A stretch of DNA of 64,000 nucleotides from Raillietiella orientalis (Eukaryota): contig JAYWIR010000013.1 of NCBI GenBank assembly GCA_036172245.1, positions 2,418,001 through 2,482,000 of the forward strand, in the 5' to 3' direction. This document shows positions 40,670-52,131 of this stretch, one piece after another; positions within the stretch are counted from its first letter, which is position 1; each line of letters opens with the position of its first letter. A program made the position numbers and the translations under genes. Under the pieces are notes generated by a model, which saw only the letters and a list, made by a program, of their open reading frames with translations, had not been told where the DNA came from and searched no databases.

Positions 40670-41507
40670 TCAAACACTTGCCCTCTCAGGGCACTCAAAA
40701 ATTGCCTTGGCAGTGGTTTTAAACACTGCCTTGGCGGGGTATTGGGTATAGTTTTAAACTAGCAATAATCACGCCTCCCTTTCGTTCAGCGGCGGCGATA
40801 CCGCCCGTGCGCAAGGCTCTCGCGATCGCTAAAGGAGTTGCTTACGCCTGCGTGGAGGCAGCACTCCAAGAGGCAGCCAAGGCAACGCCTCTTACATCCG
40901 TGTAAGCAGCGCCATCTCAGGATGGCAAAGATAACTGCGACGCGAAGGAAGACGGCTGGATGCAAGTGAGAAAGATCATTAGAAAGAAACCATCAAGGTC
41001 TTCGCAGCTCTGTGTGAAGGTGAGTGGGCGAAAGAAACCCGCGAAACCTTCGCAGAAAAAGATTGCGATTCTTTCCTCCTGCGCATTCGTTCTCTCGCGG
41101 ATGGAGCGGGAAGCTGCTGCTGCGGCTAAAAGGACGAAAGTCCCAGCCGCAGTTGCAGAAATTGCTAGGAAACAGGCAGCGAACGATTTCCCTAATTCCG
41201 GGAAACAGCAGCAGCGCCTGGCAAGCCCTGGACTGTCGGATTCTGATCCAGAGTCCGACAGAAAGAGCACACAGCGCGACAACCGCCCGAAACCGCGCAA
41301 TCGCCTCCCGAAGACCCGCAAGCGCGTGGTTGCCGAGGAGGAACTGTTGCTGGGGAGCAAAGAGGAGGAAAAGGACCTCACCTCTGAACTACCGGCAACA
41401 AGCAGTGCGGCTTCGAATGGAGATGTCCAGTCTCCGAGATCGACCGCTCTGTCTCGTGACCACTCGCCGGACAAGGCGAGAAATCTGTGCTCACCTTCCC
41501 AGCCTTA

Positions 41508-43262
41508 ATGCAGGAAGTCGCCTCTTTTCGTCAATCCAGTGTATCCTGTTGGAACGTCAATGGGCTGCGCAGGGACGGAAAGAGGCGCGACGTGTCAGAC
41601 ACCCTGCGACATTTCGATTTGGCGATCCTTCAGGAGATGCATTACATCTCCGATGCGGAGGTTGCGGAAATCGAACAGCGCGCGGGTGGCACCCTGTACT
41701 GGCGAAAAGGTTCTGCACAATCGTGCGAAGTCGGTTTTCTCGTCAATAGTAGGATGGCGGGAGCGGTGTGCAGCGTTCGATTCGACCAGGAAGGGCGAAT
41801 GGGCCAACTTGCACTCAAGTGGTCAGATTCAATCGACCTCGTCGTAACCAACGTCTACGCGCCGAGCGGCTTTCATCGGCGTGTCGAAAGAATCGAGTTC
41901 TTCGACGTGCTGGAGAGCCAATGGCTCAGAAACTCCGGAGCCAGAGTGGCGCATCTCGTCGCAGGGGACTTCAACGTCCACCTTCTTTCCAACGAGACGC
42001 GGTCCCTGGCGGAACGGTCGCGGGTGGAAGAGGCATGCGCGTCGGTGCACGCGCGTAACTTGGAAGCCGGCGAGCCTGGACTGGAAAGGTGCGTGGATCA
42101 CCTCTACCTCGATGAGCACCTACTCTCGCGAGTGGGAAGGAGAGGCAGGGTGCCGTCCACGTTATCGGACCATGATAGGCTGGAGTTCGAGCTACTCCCG
42201 CCGGGCAAGGGACCTCCAAACAATGTTTGGAGGATACCGGCGGATTGGCTGAGTCATACGGAAGCGGCGGAGCATCTTCGCCGATTCCTTCGCGGCTTTG
42301 CCATCCGGGAGCTCGCAGACTGGGACCATCTTAAAAGATCGGTTCGCGAGTTTTGCGACCGGTTCCCCCTGCACCTGCTACCACGCGGCTTCCGGGAAGG
42401 CGTGGCCAATAGCAGAGCATTCCTGCAGGCGCGCACCTTCTCGAGACGTGCGGAAGTCCGGCAACTCGCAGAGTACAAGGCGAGGGCCGAGCGCCAGGTC
42501 TGGCAGTCTGGAGCGGCTATTCTGCTCGACGACCAAGGCCGGGAATGCACGGCTCCTGCCGAAGTGCGGCGAGCACTAAAGCGTCACTTCTCCTTGCTCT
42601 ACGCTAATTCCCCGACGGAAAGAGTCCTCTCCGAACTACTTTTGCCGCGGGCTGCACATGGCATCGGCGAGGAGGAACGCGATCGTCTCGACGAGCCCTT
42701 CACGTTAAGGGAAGTTTCTTCCGCCATCGCAGGACTCAAGAGACGGAAGACGCCAGGTGAGGACGGACTGCCCGCGGAGTTCTATCAGAGCTTCGCGGCG
42801 GAACTCGCCCCACTGGTTCTTAGAATCTCGACGCTGATGAGGGTGACGGGCGATGTACCTTCTTCCTTCCGCTCAGCAAGGGTGCGTCTCCTTCCGAAAG
42901 GAGGGGATCTGCGCCAACTCAACAACTGGCGTCCGATCACATTAGTGAATACGTACGTCAAGTTGTTTTCGAAGCTGTGGGTCACGCGCTTAGGGAAAGT
43001 CGCGGAGTCCGTGGTAAGCCTGGAGCAGTCTTACGCTGTACCGGGTAGATCCATGGATGCGAACCTTCTTTTCGCGCGCACCTGGTGGCAGCTTCAAGAG
43101 CGCGTTGCGGCGGATAGCCGAACAGCGGCAAGACCTTCTGCCGACTGCGTGCGCCAGTGCGGACGGACGGGAGAAACGCCGGGAGCCTTGGCACTAGCAG
43201 TAGATTTGCACAAAGCATTCGATTTTCACCCGGATTTCGCCGGGGCGTTTATTGTAAAATAA
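41508..43262 (+). CDS. Open truncated ORF2: complete APE endonuclease plus RT N-terminal part, ending FHPDFAGAFIVK* inside the antisense insert
   Basis: No stop from ATG 41508 to TAA 43260-43262. Contains CWNVNG, LQEMH, NVYAP, GDFN, VDH, SDH, PGEDG, WRPITL and DLHKAFD. Confidence 0.8.
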   Translation: MQEVASFRQSSVSCWNVNGLRRDGKRRDVSDTLRHFDLAILQEMHYISDAEVAEIEQRAGGTLYWRKGSAQSCEVGFLVNSRMAGAVCSVRFDQEGRMGQLALKWSDSIDLVVTNVYAPSGFHRRVERIEFFDVLESQWLRNSGARVAHLVAGDFNVHLLSNETRSLAERSRVEEACASVHARNLEAGEPGLERCVDHLYLDEHLLSRVGRRGRVPSTLSDHDRLEFELLPPGKGPPNNVWRIPADWLSHTEAAEHLRRFLRGFAIRELADWDHLKRSVREFCDRFPLHLLPRGFREGVANSRAFLQARTFSRRAEVRQLAEYKARAERQVWQSGAAILLDDQGRECTAPAEVRRALKRHFSLLYANSPTERVLSELLLPRAAHGIGEEERDRLDEPFTLREVSSAIAGLKRRKTPGEDGLPAEFYQSFAAELAPLVLRISTLMRVTGDVPSSFRSARVRLLPKGGDLRQLNNWRPITLVNTYVKLFSKLWVTRLGKVAESVVSLEQSYAVPGRSMDANLLFARTWWQLQERVAADSRTAARPSADCVRQCGRTGETPGALALAVDLHKAFDFHPDFAGAFIVK

Positions 43263-45432
43263 ACATTTACAAAGACGTGCGGTGGCTGGACCATTGCTCC
43301 AGCCACGCAAGAAGAAACACAGAGCCTGCCGGGTCACCGGTTTGCAGACCGGTACGGTCCACCACGGCAGCAGGGGGAAGGGGGAAAAACAAAAAACAAA
43401 ACAAAAAAGAAAAGAAAAGTTGGGAGGGTAAGGGAAGGGATCACAGTTGCTGGTGGGGCCGTTGCATCCTTTGCAGGATGCCGGCAAGCTCCTTCTGTAT
43501 TCCTGGATCCAGGTGGAACCATTGGGACGCTCTCCTCAGGAACTGGGAGGCTGGCTGGATGGCACCCTGGTCGCGTTGTCCTCCCGTAGCCTTGCTCCAA
43601 GCGGTGACGATCCCGCGTAGGCAGCACAAAGCTGCTAACGAGGCCGCTGGCCGAGGGGCGTCGGAAACGAAGAGGGCTTTCAGTACGTCCCTCAGTTGCC
43701 TCAGGGGATTCCGATGGCCGCGGCAAAGCGAAACCAAAAAAGCCGAAGGGCAACACAATCCACTAGCAGGTGGGGGAGGGACTCCCGTTCCCCACACCTG
43801 ACGCAATTGGGGTCCACCGCTCCCCAGGTCCAGTGGTGTCGGCGGGCTTTGCAGGGGAGTCCCCAGTGCTGCAACAGGAGAGCCGACTCCCGCCATTTTA
43901 AGGGGAGGGCGGAAGTGTTCATGAGCACCGAGGGCCACTTCAGATGTTCAATGGGAACATCGAGCAGCGCGCCTCAGCGCAGAAGTCCATTGGGAGGCGT
44001 ACTCGGGGACGCAGCGTCTGTTAACTGGCCCGTATTCCACTCTCCTATCTTCTTCTCCTTTCCGGAAATTGTAACTGAAACCTCCCACTTAGCCGCAACA
44101 TCGCTGTCCAGATCTTCCATCAGGGAGGGCAGCGCAGCAGCGAGGGGGGTTCTTCCTGCCCACGCTCTGTTCTTTGGATCCTCCAGGATCTCGCGGAGCG
44201 TGCAACTTCTGTAACCCCCAAACGGGAACCTTCGTTCCTGTTGGGAGCGTTGCATGCCGAACTGTCCCCACGTTCGAACGGTTTCCTGCAACCAGGCACT
44301 ACCGTTCAAAGGGCGACAGGTGACCAATCCTGGGTTTTTGCGATACAGCGCAGCCACCCTCCGTAGCTGGAGTCCGCATCGGTTGAGGCGGCGACGGAGT
44401 GCAAGAAACGACGTCAGTCCCGTCTTGCCGGTGGCTTGCTGGAGAAGGAGACGTGCAGGGACGCACCAACACATGCACCACAACTCTGGAACGAGTGCCG
44501 ACAATCGGAACTGGAGCTGAAGCTCCAGCCGCTCCTGCGTCAGGAGGCCTAGACCACCATCCCGACGAGGAGCGCACAAGTCCTTTAAGCGGTCTCGGGC
44601 CCTCCCGTTGCCCCAAAGGGCGATACGGAGGAGGTCCCTTGTCCGCTTTTTAATTCTCTCTGTGGGGGGGCAAACAAAAGGCAGGGGGCGGAGGAGAGGA
44701 GCCGCGAACGTGTTCCAAACCGCGGCCCGTTCAGGCAGGAAAAACCTGCCGCCTCGGAACGGGCCGATCGCCGTCTCTACTTTTTGGAGGCAGCCGGACC
44801 ATGCTTCCGCAGGGGAGTAGTCCCCCGACGGCACACCAAGGTACTTGAAGTACCTCACCGTGGGGATCCCCAAACGGACCCAGTCCTGCTGCCCTGCCCA
44901 CGCCGCACCAACTGGCATCACGGACGACTTCGCCCTGTTCACCGTAAGTCCGGTTCCCCGATGCAGCAGGTCGAAGAACTCCTCGATCGCCGCAGCCAAG
45001 GTGGACATAGGGAGCAGCAGCAGAAGGTCGTCCGCGTATGCTGAAACGGCCGGCGTACCGGCACAGTCGTGCGGCAGGTGCGCCAGAGTTCCCCTGTACG
45101 CTCTCAGCACCAACTCAAAGTAGGTGCTAAAGAGCAGGAAACTGAGGCTGTCGCCCTGCCGTATGCCCCGCCGTACCGGCACGCCGTACGCCATTTGACC
45201 TCTGAAAGAGATATTGATCAGCGCGCTGCGCCAGCAAGAGCGCAGGTAGGTCGGTAGGGAGGGAGGGAAGCCCATGCGTCCCAGGAGCTCCAGCAGGAGA
45301 TCCTGGTCCACGCAGTCAAACGCTTTATGCAGATCGACTGCGATCGCTAGGGCTCCCTTCCCCCCTGGGAGTCCTGTCCCTGCCCGGCTGACGCCCCCAA
45401 AGCGGTGCTGCCAATCGTTCCGTCTTTCATTT
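43223..45432 (-). mobile_element. Tx1-like RT-to-3'-end segment of the KAFD-targeting family
   Basis: DLHKAFDCVDQ, GIRQGDSLS, SAYADDLLL, YLGVP, CVRCGERESLPHLLVDC, and terminus aataaacgccccggcgaaatccgggtgaaaa. In-frame stops occur near 43976. Confidence 0.92.
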
Positions 45433-45678
45433 CTGCAAACGGCCTCACCAGCAACTGTGATCCCTTCCCGTACCCTCCCAGTTTTTTCCTTTCTTTTTGT
45501 TTTGTTTTTTGTTTTTCCCCCTTTCCCTTGCTGGGGTGGTGGACCGTACCGGTCTGCGAACCGGTGACCCGGCAGGCTCTGTGTTTCTTCTTGCTTGGCT
45601 GGAGCGATGGTCCAGTCACTGCACGTCTTTGTAAATGTTTATTCAACAATAAACGCCCCGGCGAAATCCGGGTGAAAA
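45433..45678 (+). mobile_element. Very short (about 250 bp) 3' end of the KAFD-targeting family
   Basis: The same 3' UTR and terminus as 43223-43440, abutting tcgaacg (KAFD motif of a minus-strand host). Confidence 0.88.
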
Positions 45679-46602
45679 TCGAACGTTTCTGTAGATCGAC
45701 TGCGATCGCTAGGGCTTTCTTCCCACCTGGAAATCCTGTCCCTGCCCGGCTGACGCCCCCAAAGCGGGGCTGCAAATCATTCCCTCTTCCTTTTCTTCAC
45801 TACTCTGCACATAAAACCATGTGCTCGCGAAGAAGAGGTAGGCCTCCATACTTCGCCCGGGAACAGCGTAAAACTGCTCCGGGCTAATTACGGAATTGGC
45901 CACCTGCTCCAGACGCGAAGCCCACAGTCCGGCGATCAGCAAGGCCTCCGTATTCACAATTGTGATCGGACGCCAGTTGCTGAGTTTCCTGAGGTCTCCT
46001 CCTTTCGGAAGGAGCCTCACCCTGGCTGAACGAAACGAGGCGGGAACATCGCCTTCGTCTCGGATGAGCCTTGTCATCTGAAGCAGCAGGGGTGCCAGCT
46101 CTTCCGCGAAGCTCTAATAGAACTCCGCGGGCAAGCCGTCTTCCTCTGGAGCTTTCCGCCTCTTGAGCCTTTTGATACCGGCGAGAATTTCGCCGGTGGT
46201 AAAAGGCTCGTCGAGGCTTTCCTTCTCCTCCTCCCCTATTGCCGGGGCACCTTCCGGAAGCAAGCGCCGAGAGTCATCTTGGCCCGGGGGCGCCCTGACG
46301 TAAAGGGAGGAAAAATAACACCGCACGAGGTGCCGTATTCTAGCCGGAGCCGAGTGCTCCCGGCCCTGGTCGTCCAGCAAGCTGTCCGACCCGGATTGCC
46401 AGGCTTGACTTTCGGCCCCTGCTCGATACTCCGCCAGGCGACGGATGTTGGGGGTCCTTGCGTAACGGCGGGCATACAAATACGCCCGTTCGTTACGGAA
46501 CCCATCCCAAAATCCGGGGGGCATGCGGTGCAAGGGGAACTCCTCGCAAAACTCGCGGACCGAGGCCTTAAAAAGGTCCCAATCAGCGAGATTGCGGAGT
46601 GT
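45679..46602 (-). mobile_element. Tx1-like ORF2 fragment (TLRNLADWD to the KAFD position)
   Basis: TLRNLADWD...SLYVRAPP...KAPEEDGLPAEFY*...LPKGGDLRKLSNWRPITIVN...AIAVDLQK. Confidence 0.88.
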
Positions 46603-49600
46603 CGAGCGGACGTGTCTTTTTGCTGCTCCTGAATTTCGATTTCCGGTGGTGTTTTGTGTGGTGTGGGTGGAGGATTAGGCAGCAATGCCTGATTCCACTA
46701 CCGGTGAGATTCCGGGGGCGATGACCCCATTGCCCCCGGAGGAGATGGAAGTGGGGGCTCCCGCCCCCACTGATGCGCTCCCGGCCCTACCCAGGGCTTG
46801 GAACGCCGTGGCTGCGGCACCTACACCAGCGGCTATGGCGAAAATGCGCGCTTACCTGGAGGAGGGGTAAAACCCACCCCTTCTATATAAGGTAGGCGGT
46901 CTATATTCTCCCGAGAACGCGCGCGCCCTCTTGCAGGCGATGCGCGTTCTCGGCGTACAAAAAGAGGAGCTTCTGGCTATGTCCGTCAGAAGCGGGGGTC
47001 AATTTGTGGAAGTTATCTGCAAGGAGGCAACTCTTGCGCAGAGGCTTCTGCGAACCCCCGTAATGATGGGAAGCCGGAGGCTTCTTCCAATAACGGAAGA
47101 CAGGTCGGTGATCATTCAACTGACCGGGATTACGTTTCGGATGACCAAGGAGGCCGTCCGGAACGAAATAAACAAATTTGAGACCGTCCACGCGCTGTGG
47201 GGGAAGCCAACCCTGTTCGCTGACTACGATGGGTTGTTTGGCGGCCGGGGTGCAGCGCGAGTGACGGTACGCGAAGGGTGTGAGTTTCCCCACAAACTCA
47301 CCGTCAACGGTGAATCCGTTGACGTGTGGTACGTGGGGAAACCCAAGTTCTGCGGCTGCTGCAGCAGCTTTGGTCACCTTAAAATGAGGTGTCCGAGCGT
47401 GCAGTGCCAGCAATGCAAACAAGCGGGGCACACCCGTCTGGTGTGCCCCCAAAACACAGTCCGCGTCGTGTCCGCGAAAAACGCGAGAAAGTGCGCGGCT
47501 AAAAAAAGAAAGAAGCTGGCAGCTCGTGCTGCTGCTAAGGAGGTGACGTCCGCCACCAAGGCGAAGGCCAGCCCCGAGACCCCGGCGAAAAACGCCGAAA
47601 AGGTCAAGGGCGAGGGTCAAAAGCCAGGGTGGCAGAAGGTCGACCCCAAGAAAAACTCCCCTAGGAAGGGAAAGAACGTGGCGAAACAGAGCGAAACCGC
47701 TCCGCGCCGCGAAAAAACCAAAAGCTGCTGCGTCGTTGTAGAGCAGATTCCCGCCGTCGACGAATGCGGCGCTAAAGAACTCGCTGCTGCCCCTGATCAA
47801 CCCTCCGTTGACAAAGTCAACAAGGAGGGGAGCGAGGCGGCGGCGTCCGTCATCGAGCCCACGCTCGATGACGTCGCCTTCGAGCGCGCCGCGGAGAAGC
47901 TCGCTGCCTCGCTGCAGCCGGTTGCCCCCAAGGCTGGCAAGAAGGCCGTCAGGCGTCCGGTTTCCCCTCAGGAGTCGGCCACTTCCCACCCCGAGGTGAA
48001 GGCCGGAAACACAGCATCCATCTCCGCGGCATCCCGCAAAAAGGCAGGACGAAAGTTCACAATGCCCCGGAAGATCGTCTCCCACGACGAAGGGGAAGAG
48101 ATGGCTTCCGGTAGCGAGGTTGCCATGAGCTTGGGAAACTCCCGGGACCTGTCGCCCGAGAGAATTCCACGCTCGGACACGGAGGGGATGGTGAGGATGG
48201 AGGCCGAACAGGTACCCCAGGTGCCTGAAGAGGCCTCCGTCCTCGTTCCGATGGTCCTCGTACCGATGGACCTTTCCTACACCTGCCCCGCGGCAGGTGC
48301 CGCGACGCCACTTTCCCAGCCATAATGCCGGGAATCGCCTCTCGCCGTCGTCTGCTGATCGCCTGTTGGAACGTGAACGGGCTAAGCGATGACGGCAAGA
48401 GGCGTGACGTGGCCGCCGCCCTGGCATCCTTCGACCTGGTGCTGCTGCAGGAGATCCACGTGATCTCCGCAGATGAAGCCCGGGAGATCGAACGGATCTC
48501 GGGTGGGCGGCTGTTGTGGCGTTCCGGCACCGCGAAATTAAGCGGTGTCGCCTTCCTGCTTCGGCCAGCCATCGAGACCGCAATAAAGGACGTTCGGTTC
48601 GATGACGCAGGTCGCGTCGGTCAGCTGACTCTCAGCTGGTCCGACTCTATCGACCTGGTCGTCACCAACCTATACGCTCCTAGCGGAAACTCCGCGTTGA
48701 GGGCGAAGGCAAGAAGGTAGTTCTACCTTGACCTGAGACGCGATTGGCTGACCGAACCAGGAGTTCGCAAAGCGCACCTGATCGCAGGTGATTTCAATCT
48801 GCGCCTGCTTTCAGGTGCGCCGGATACACTGAACGACCGCGTCAACGAGGTGTGCGCAGAAATGAACACGCGCAACTTGTTAGCCGGGGACACGGCCATG
48901 GAAAGCAGCATCGATCACGTGTACCTTGATCAGCACCTATGCTTTCGGGTGGGCAGGCGCGGCAAGGTACCATCCGAGCTGTCGGACCATGGTCGGATCA
49001 TGTTCAAATGCGTCCGCGCGACAAGGGTCCCCCCTCGTCAGCGTGGCGTCTGCCAGGGGACTGGCTGAAGTTTCCCGACGCGGCGGAACACCTCCGCGCG
49101 TTTATTCGGAGCTTCAAAATGCAGACACTTCAGGACTGGGACCGCTTCAAGCGGTCGGTCCAGGAGTTCTGCGACCAGTTCCCTCTGCATCGCCTACCTG
49201 CGGGATTTGGGGAGTGGCCGCGTAACGAAAGATGCTATCGTCAGGCCCGACGTTACGCAAGAACTTCCGACATGCGCAGGTTAGCGGAATACCGAGCGGG
49301 AGCCGAGAGGCAAGCCTGGCAATCCAGGTCGGCTAGCTTGCTGGACGACCAGGGCCGGGAGCACTCGGTTCCCGCTCAGAAACGCGGGATAGTGAGGAAA
49401 TTTTTCTCCTCCCTGTACGCCAGGGCGCCTCCGGAGCAGGTCGTCTCACGACTCCTGCTTCCGGAAGGTGCTCCAGCGATCGGGGAGGAGGAGAAAAGGA
49501 ACCTCGACGAGCCTTTCACGATGGGCGAGATCATCTCGGCCATCGGAAAGCTCAAGAGGCGAAAGGCTCCAGGGGAGGACGGCCTGCCTGCGGAGTTTTA

Positions 49601-52131
49601 TCAAACTTTCGCGGCAGAGCTTACTCCCCTGGTACAGCAACTCACCTTGCTGATACGCGAGACAGGTGACGTTCCCGCCTCGTTTCGTTCAGCAAAGGTG
49701 CGGCTCCTCCCTAAGGGAGGAGACCTTAGGAGCATGAACAACTGGCGTCCCATCACAATAGTGAATGCGGACGCCAAGTTCTTAGCCAAGCTGTGGGCAG
49801 AGAGCGTGGGACGGGTCGCCAACATCTTCATCAGCTCGGAACAGACATATGCTGTTCCCGGGCGAAGTATGGAGGAGAACCTGTTCCACGCTTCCACATG
49901 GTTAGAGCTCCAACAAGGAAGGAGCATAATAAGCAACCGGAATTCCGGTGCGTCCGTCGGTGGGGGACGGGATGGTCGGGAGGGGAGATGAGCCCTCGCG
50001 GTCGCAGTCGATTTGCATAAAGCATTCGATTGCGTAGACCAGAATCTCCTTTTGGAGCTTCTGGAACGCTTCGGCTTCTCGGCCTCTTTGCTGGCCTACC
50101 TGCGCTCCAGCTGGCGCGACGCGCTTATTATTGTCTTTTTTAGTTGATCCACCGTATACGGCGTACCGGTGCGATGCGGCATACGGCAAGGAGACAGCCT
50201 CAGCCCCTTGCTCTTCAGCGCCTATTTCGAATTGGTGCTGAGAGCGTACAGGGAGACTCTGGCGCACCTGCCGTGCGATTGTCCCGGTACGCCTGCGGTT
50301 TCGGCGTACGCGGACGACCTTCTGCTGCTGCTGCCTATGTCCACCCCGGCTGCGGCAATCGAAGAACTCCTCGAGGAGTTCTTCGACCTGCTGAGTCGGG
50401 GAACAGGACTGACGGTGAACAGGGCGAAGTCGTCCGTAATGCCAGTCGGAGCGGCGTGGGCAGGACAGCAGGACTGGGTCCGTTCGGGGATCTTCACGGT
50501 GAGGTACTTCAAGTACCTTCGAGTGCCGTTGGGAGATTACTACCCTGCGGAAGCGTGGTCCGGCTGCCTTCAGAAGGCTCAGGCGGCGATCGACCATTTC
50601 CAGGACGGCAGGTTCTTCCTGCATGAACGGGCCGCGGCGTGGAACGCGTTTGCGGCCCCCCTCCTTCGCCCCTTGCTTTTTGTTTGCCCCCCCTCAGCGG
50701 AGTCAAAGAAGAGGACGAAGGACTTCCTGAGGATCGCCCTTTGGGGCAGAGGGAGGCCCCGACTCCGTCTTTCGGACTTGTGCGCTCCTCGTCGGGATGG
50801 TGGTCTGGGCCTCCTGACGTTGGAGCGGCTGGAGCTACAGCTCCAGTTCCGAGTTGTCGCCTTTATGGCAGAAAATTGGTGCACCCCTTGGTGCCTCCCT
50901 GCACGTCTCCTCGTCGAGCGGGCCACCAGCAATGCGGGACTCTCGTCCTACTTTGCACTCCGAAGCCCCATCTGCCACTGCGGACTTCAACTTCGGAGGG
51001 CGGCCAAGCTGGTGAAGAACAACTCGGCGCGGATCCTCGTACGCCTTGCGAACGGTCCTGCCTGGCTGCAGGAAACCGTGCGCACGTGGGCAATGATTCA
51101 GGAGCAGAGCCCGTAACACGAGCGAATAGCTCTGTTCCGGCCTCACGCCCACCGCACGCTCCGAGAAATCTTCGAGGATCCCCGAAGGAGAGCGTGGGCT
51201 CAAAGAACCTCCCTTGCTGCGGTACTGCCTACCCTACGGGAACATCTGGGCAGCAACGTCGCGGCACAATGGGAGGTTACTGTGAAGATCGCCAGCATGG
51301 CAAAGAAGATCGGGGATTGGAGAACGGGTCAGCTCACCAACGCTGCGACCCCGAGGACCACCCCAAATGGACTCTTGCGCTGGGGCGAGCTACTGGATGT
51401 TCCGGAGGAACATCTGGAGTGGCCCCCGGTGCTCATGGACTCGCGCACCCTCCCCATGAAATGGCAACAGTCGGCACTGCTGGTGTTGCATTGGGGGCTT
51501 CCTTGCAACGCCCGCCGACACCACTGGACGCGGGGTGGTGTCAACCCTAATTATGTCAGGTGCGGGGAGAGGGAATACCTCCCCCACCTGTTAGTGGATT
51601 GTGTTGCCCCCCGTCCCTTGTGGGAACGCTTTGCCGCAGCCCTGGGGATCCCCGGAGGCAACCTTAGAGACTCTTTGCGCCCCTTCTTCGTCTGTGACGC
51701 CCTGCCTCCAGCGGCCTCGCTTGCAGCCCTGTGCTGCCTACGCGGGATCGTCGTGGCATGGAGCAAAGCGACGGGAGGATCCAGTGACAGGGATGCCAAC
51801 GTGCATGCCGCCCGTTTCCTAAGGATGGCGACGCGATGGCCCCATCTGGAACCACACACGCAACAACAGCTTGCCGGCATCCTCCAGAGGATGACGGACC
51901 CTCCCAGCAAACTGTGATCCCTTCCCGCTCCCTCTTCGGTTTTTGTTTATTTTTTTTGTTTTCTTTTTGTTTCGTTCCCCCTCCCCTCTGCTGCCGAGGT
52001 CGACTGCGCCGGTCTGCGCACCGGTAGCCCGGCAGGCTATATCTTTCCAGGGCGTGGCTGGACTACTGGTCCAGTCACAGATTGTATAGGTTTATTCTTG
52101 AGAATAAACGTCCCGGCGCACCCGGGTTTCA
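46603..52131 (+). mobile_element. Full-length (5.5 kb) Tx1-like element with disabled ORFs
   Basis: 5' motif at 46608. ORF1 spans 46685-48325 (stop at 46868; CGCCSSFGHLKMRC, CQQCKQAGHTRLVC). ORF2 spans 48325-51917 with EN, uninterrupted DLHKAFDCVDQ and YADD, plus several stops and frameshifts. Terminus is aataaacgtcccggcgcacccgggt. The 18-nt flanks match at 16 positions. Confidence 0.93.

Larger units (their letters stand above)
35145..40816 (-). mobile_element. Full-length (5.67 kb) L1/Tx1-clade element of a divergent family with a perfect 16-bp TSD
   Basis: ctctcgcgatcgctaa at 35129-35144 and 40817-40832. Contains ORF1 and ORF2. The 3' end is aataaacttaccccaccccttgtgggacttggggaaac with no poly(A). 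Confidence 0.95.
33662..43222 (+). mobile_element. Tx1-like element split by an insertion in ORF1 (35145-40816) and cut at RT KAFD
   Basis: 5' motif at 33666. ORF1 runs from ATG 33739 (with stops and frameshifts) and continues across the TSD to 41508. ORF2 starts at 41508. Confidence 0.9.

Noticed and set aside
46901..48583. 560-aa antisense ORF and similar long reverse-frame ORFs across the cluster
   Set aside because: Shadows of GC-rich ORF1/ORF2 coding on the opposite strand; no independent motifs.
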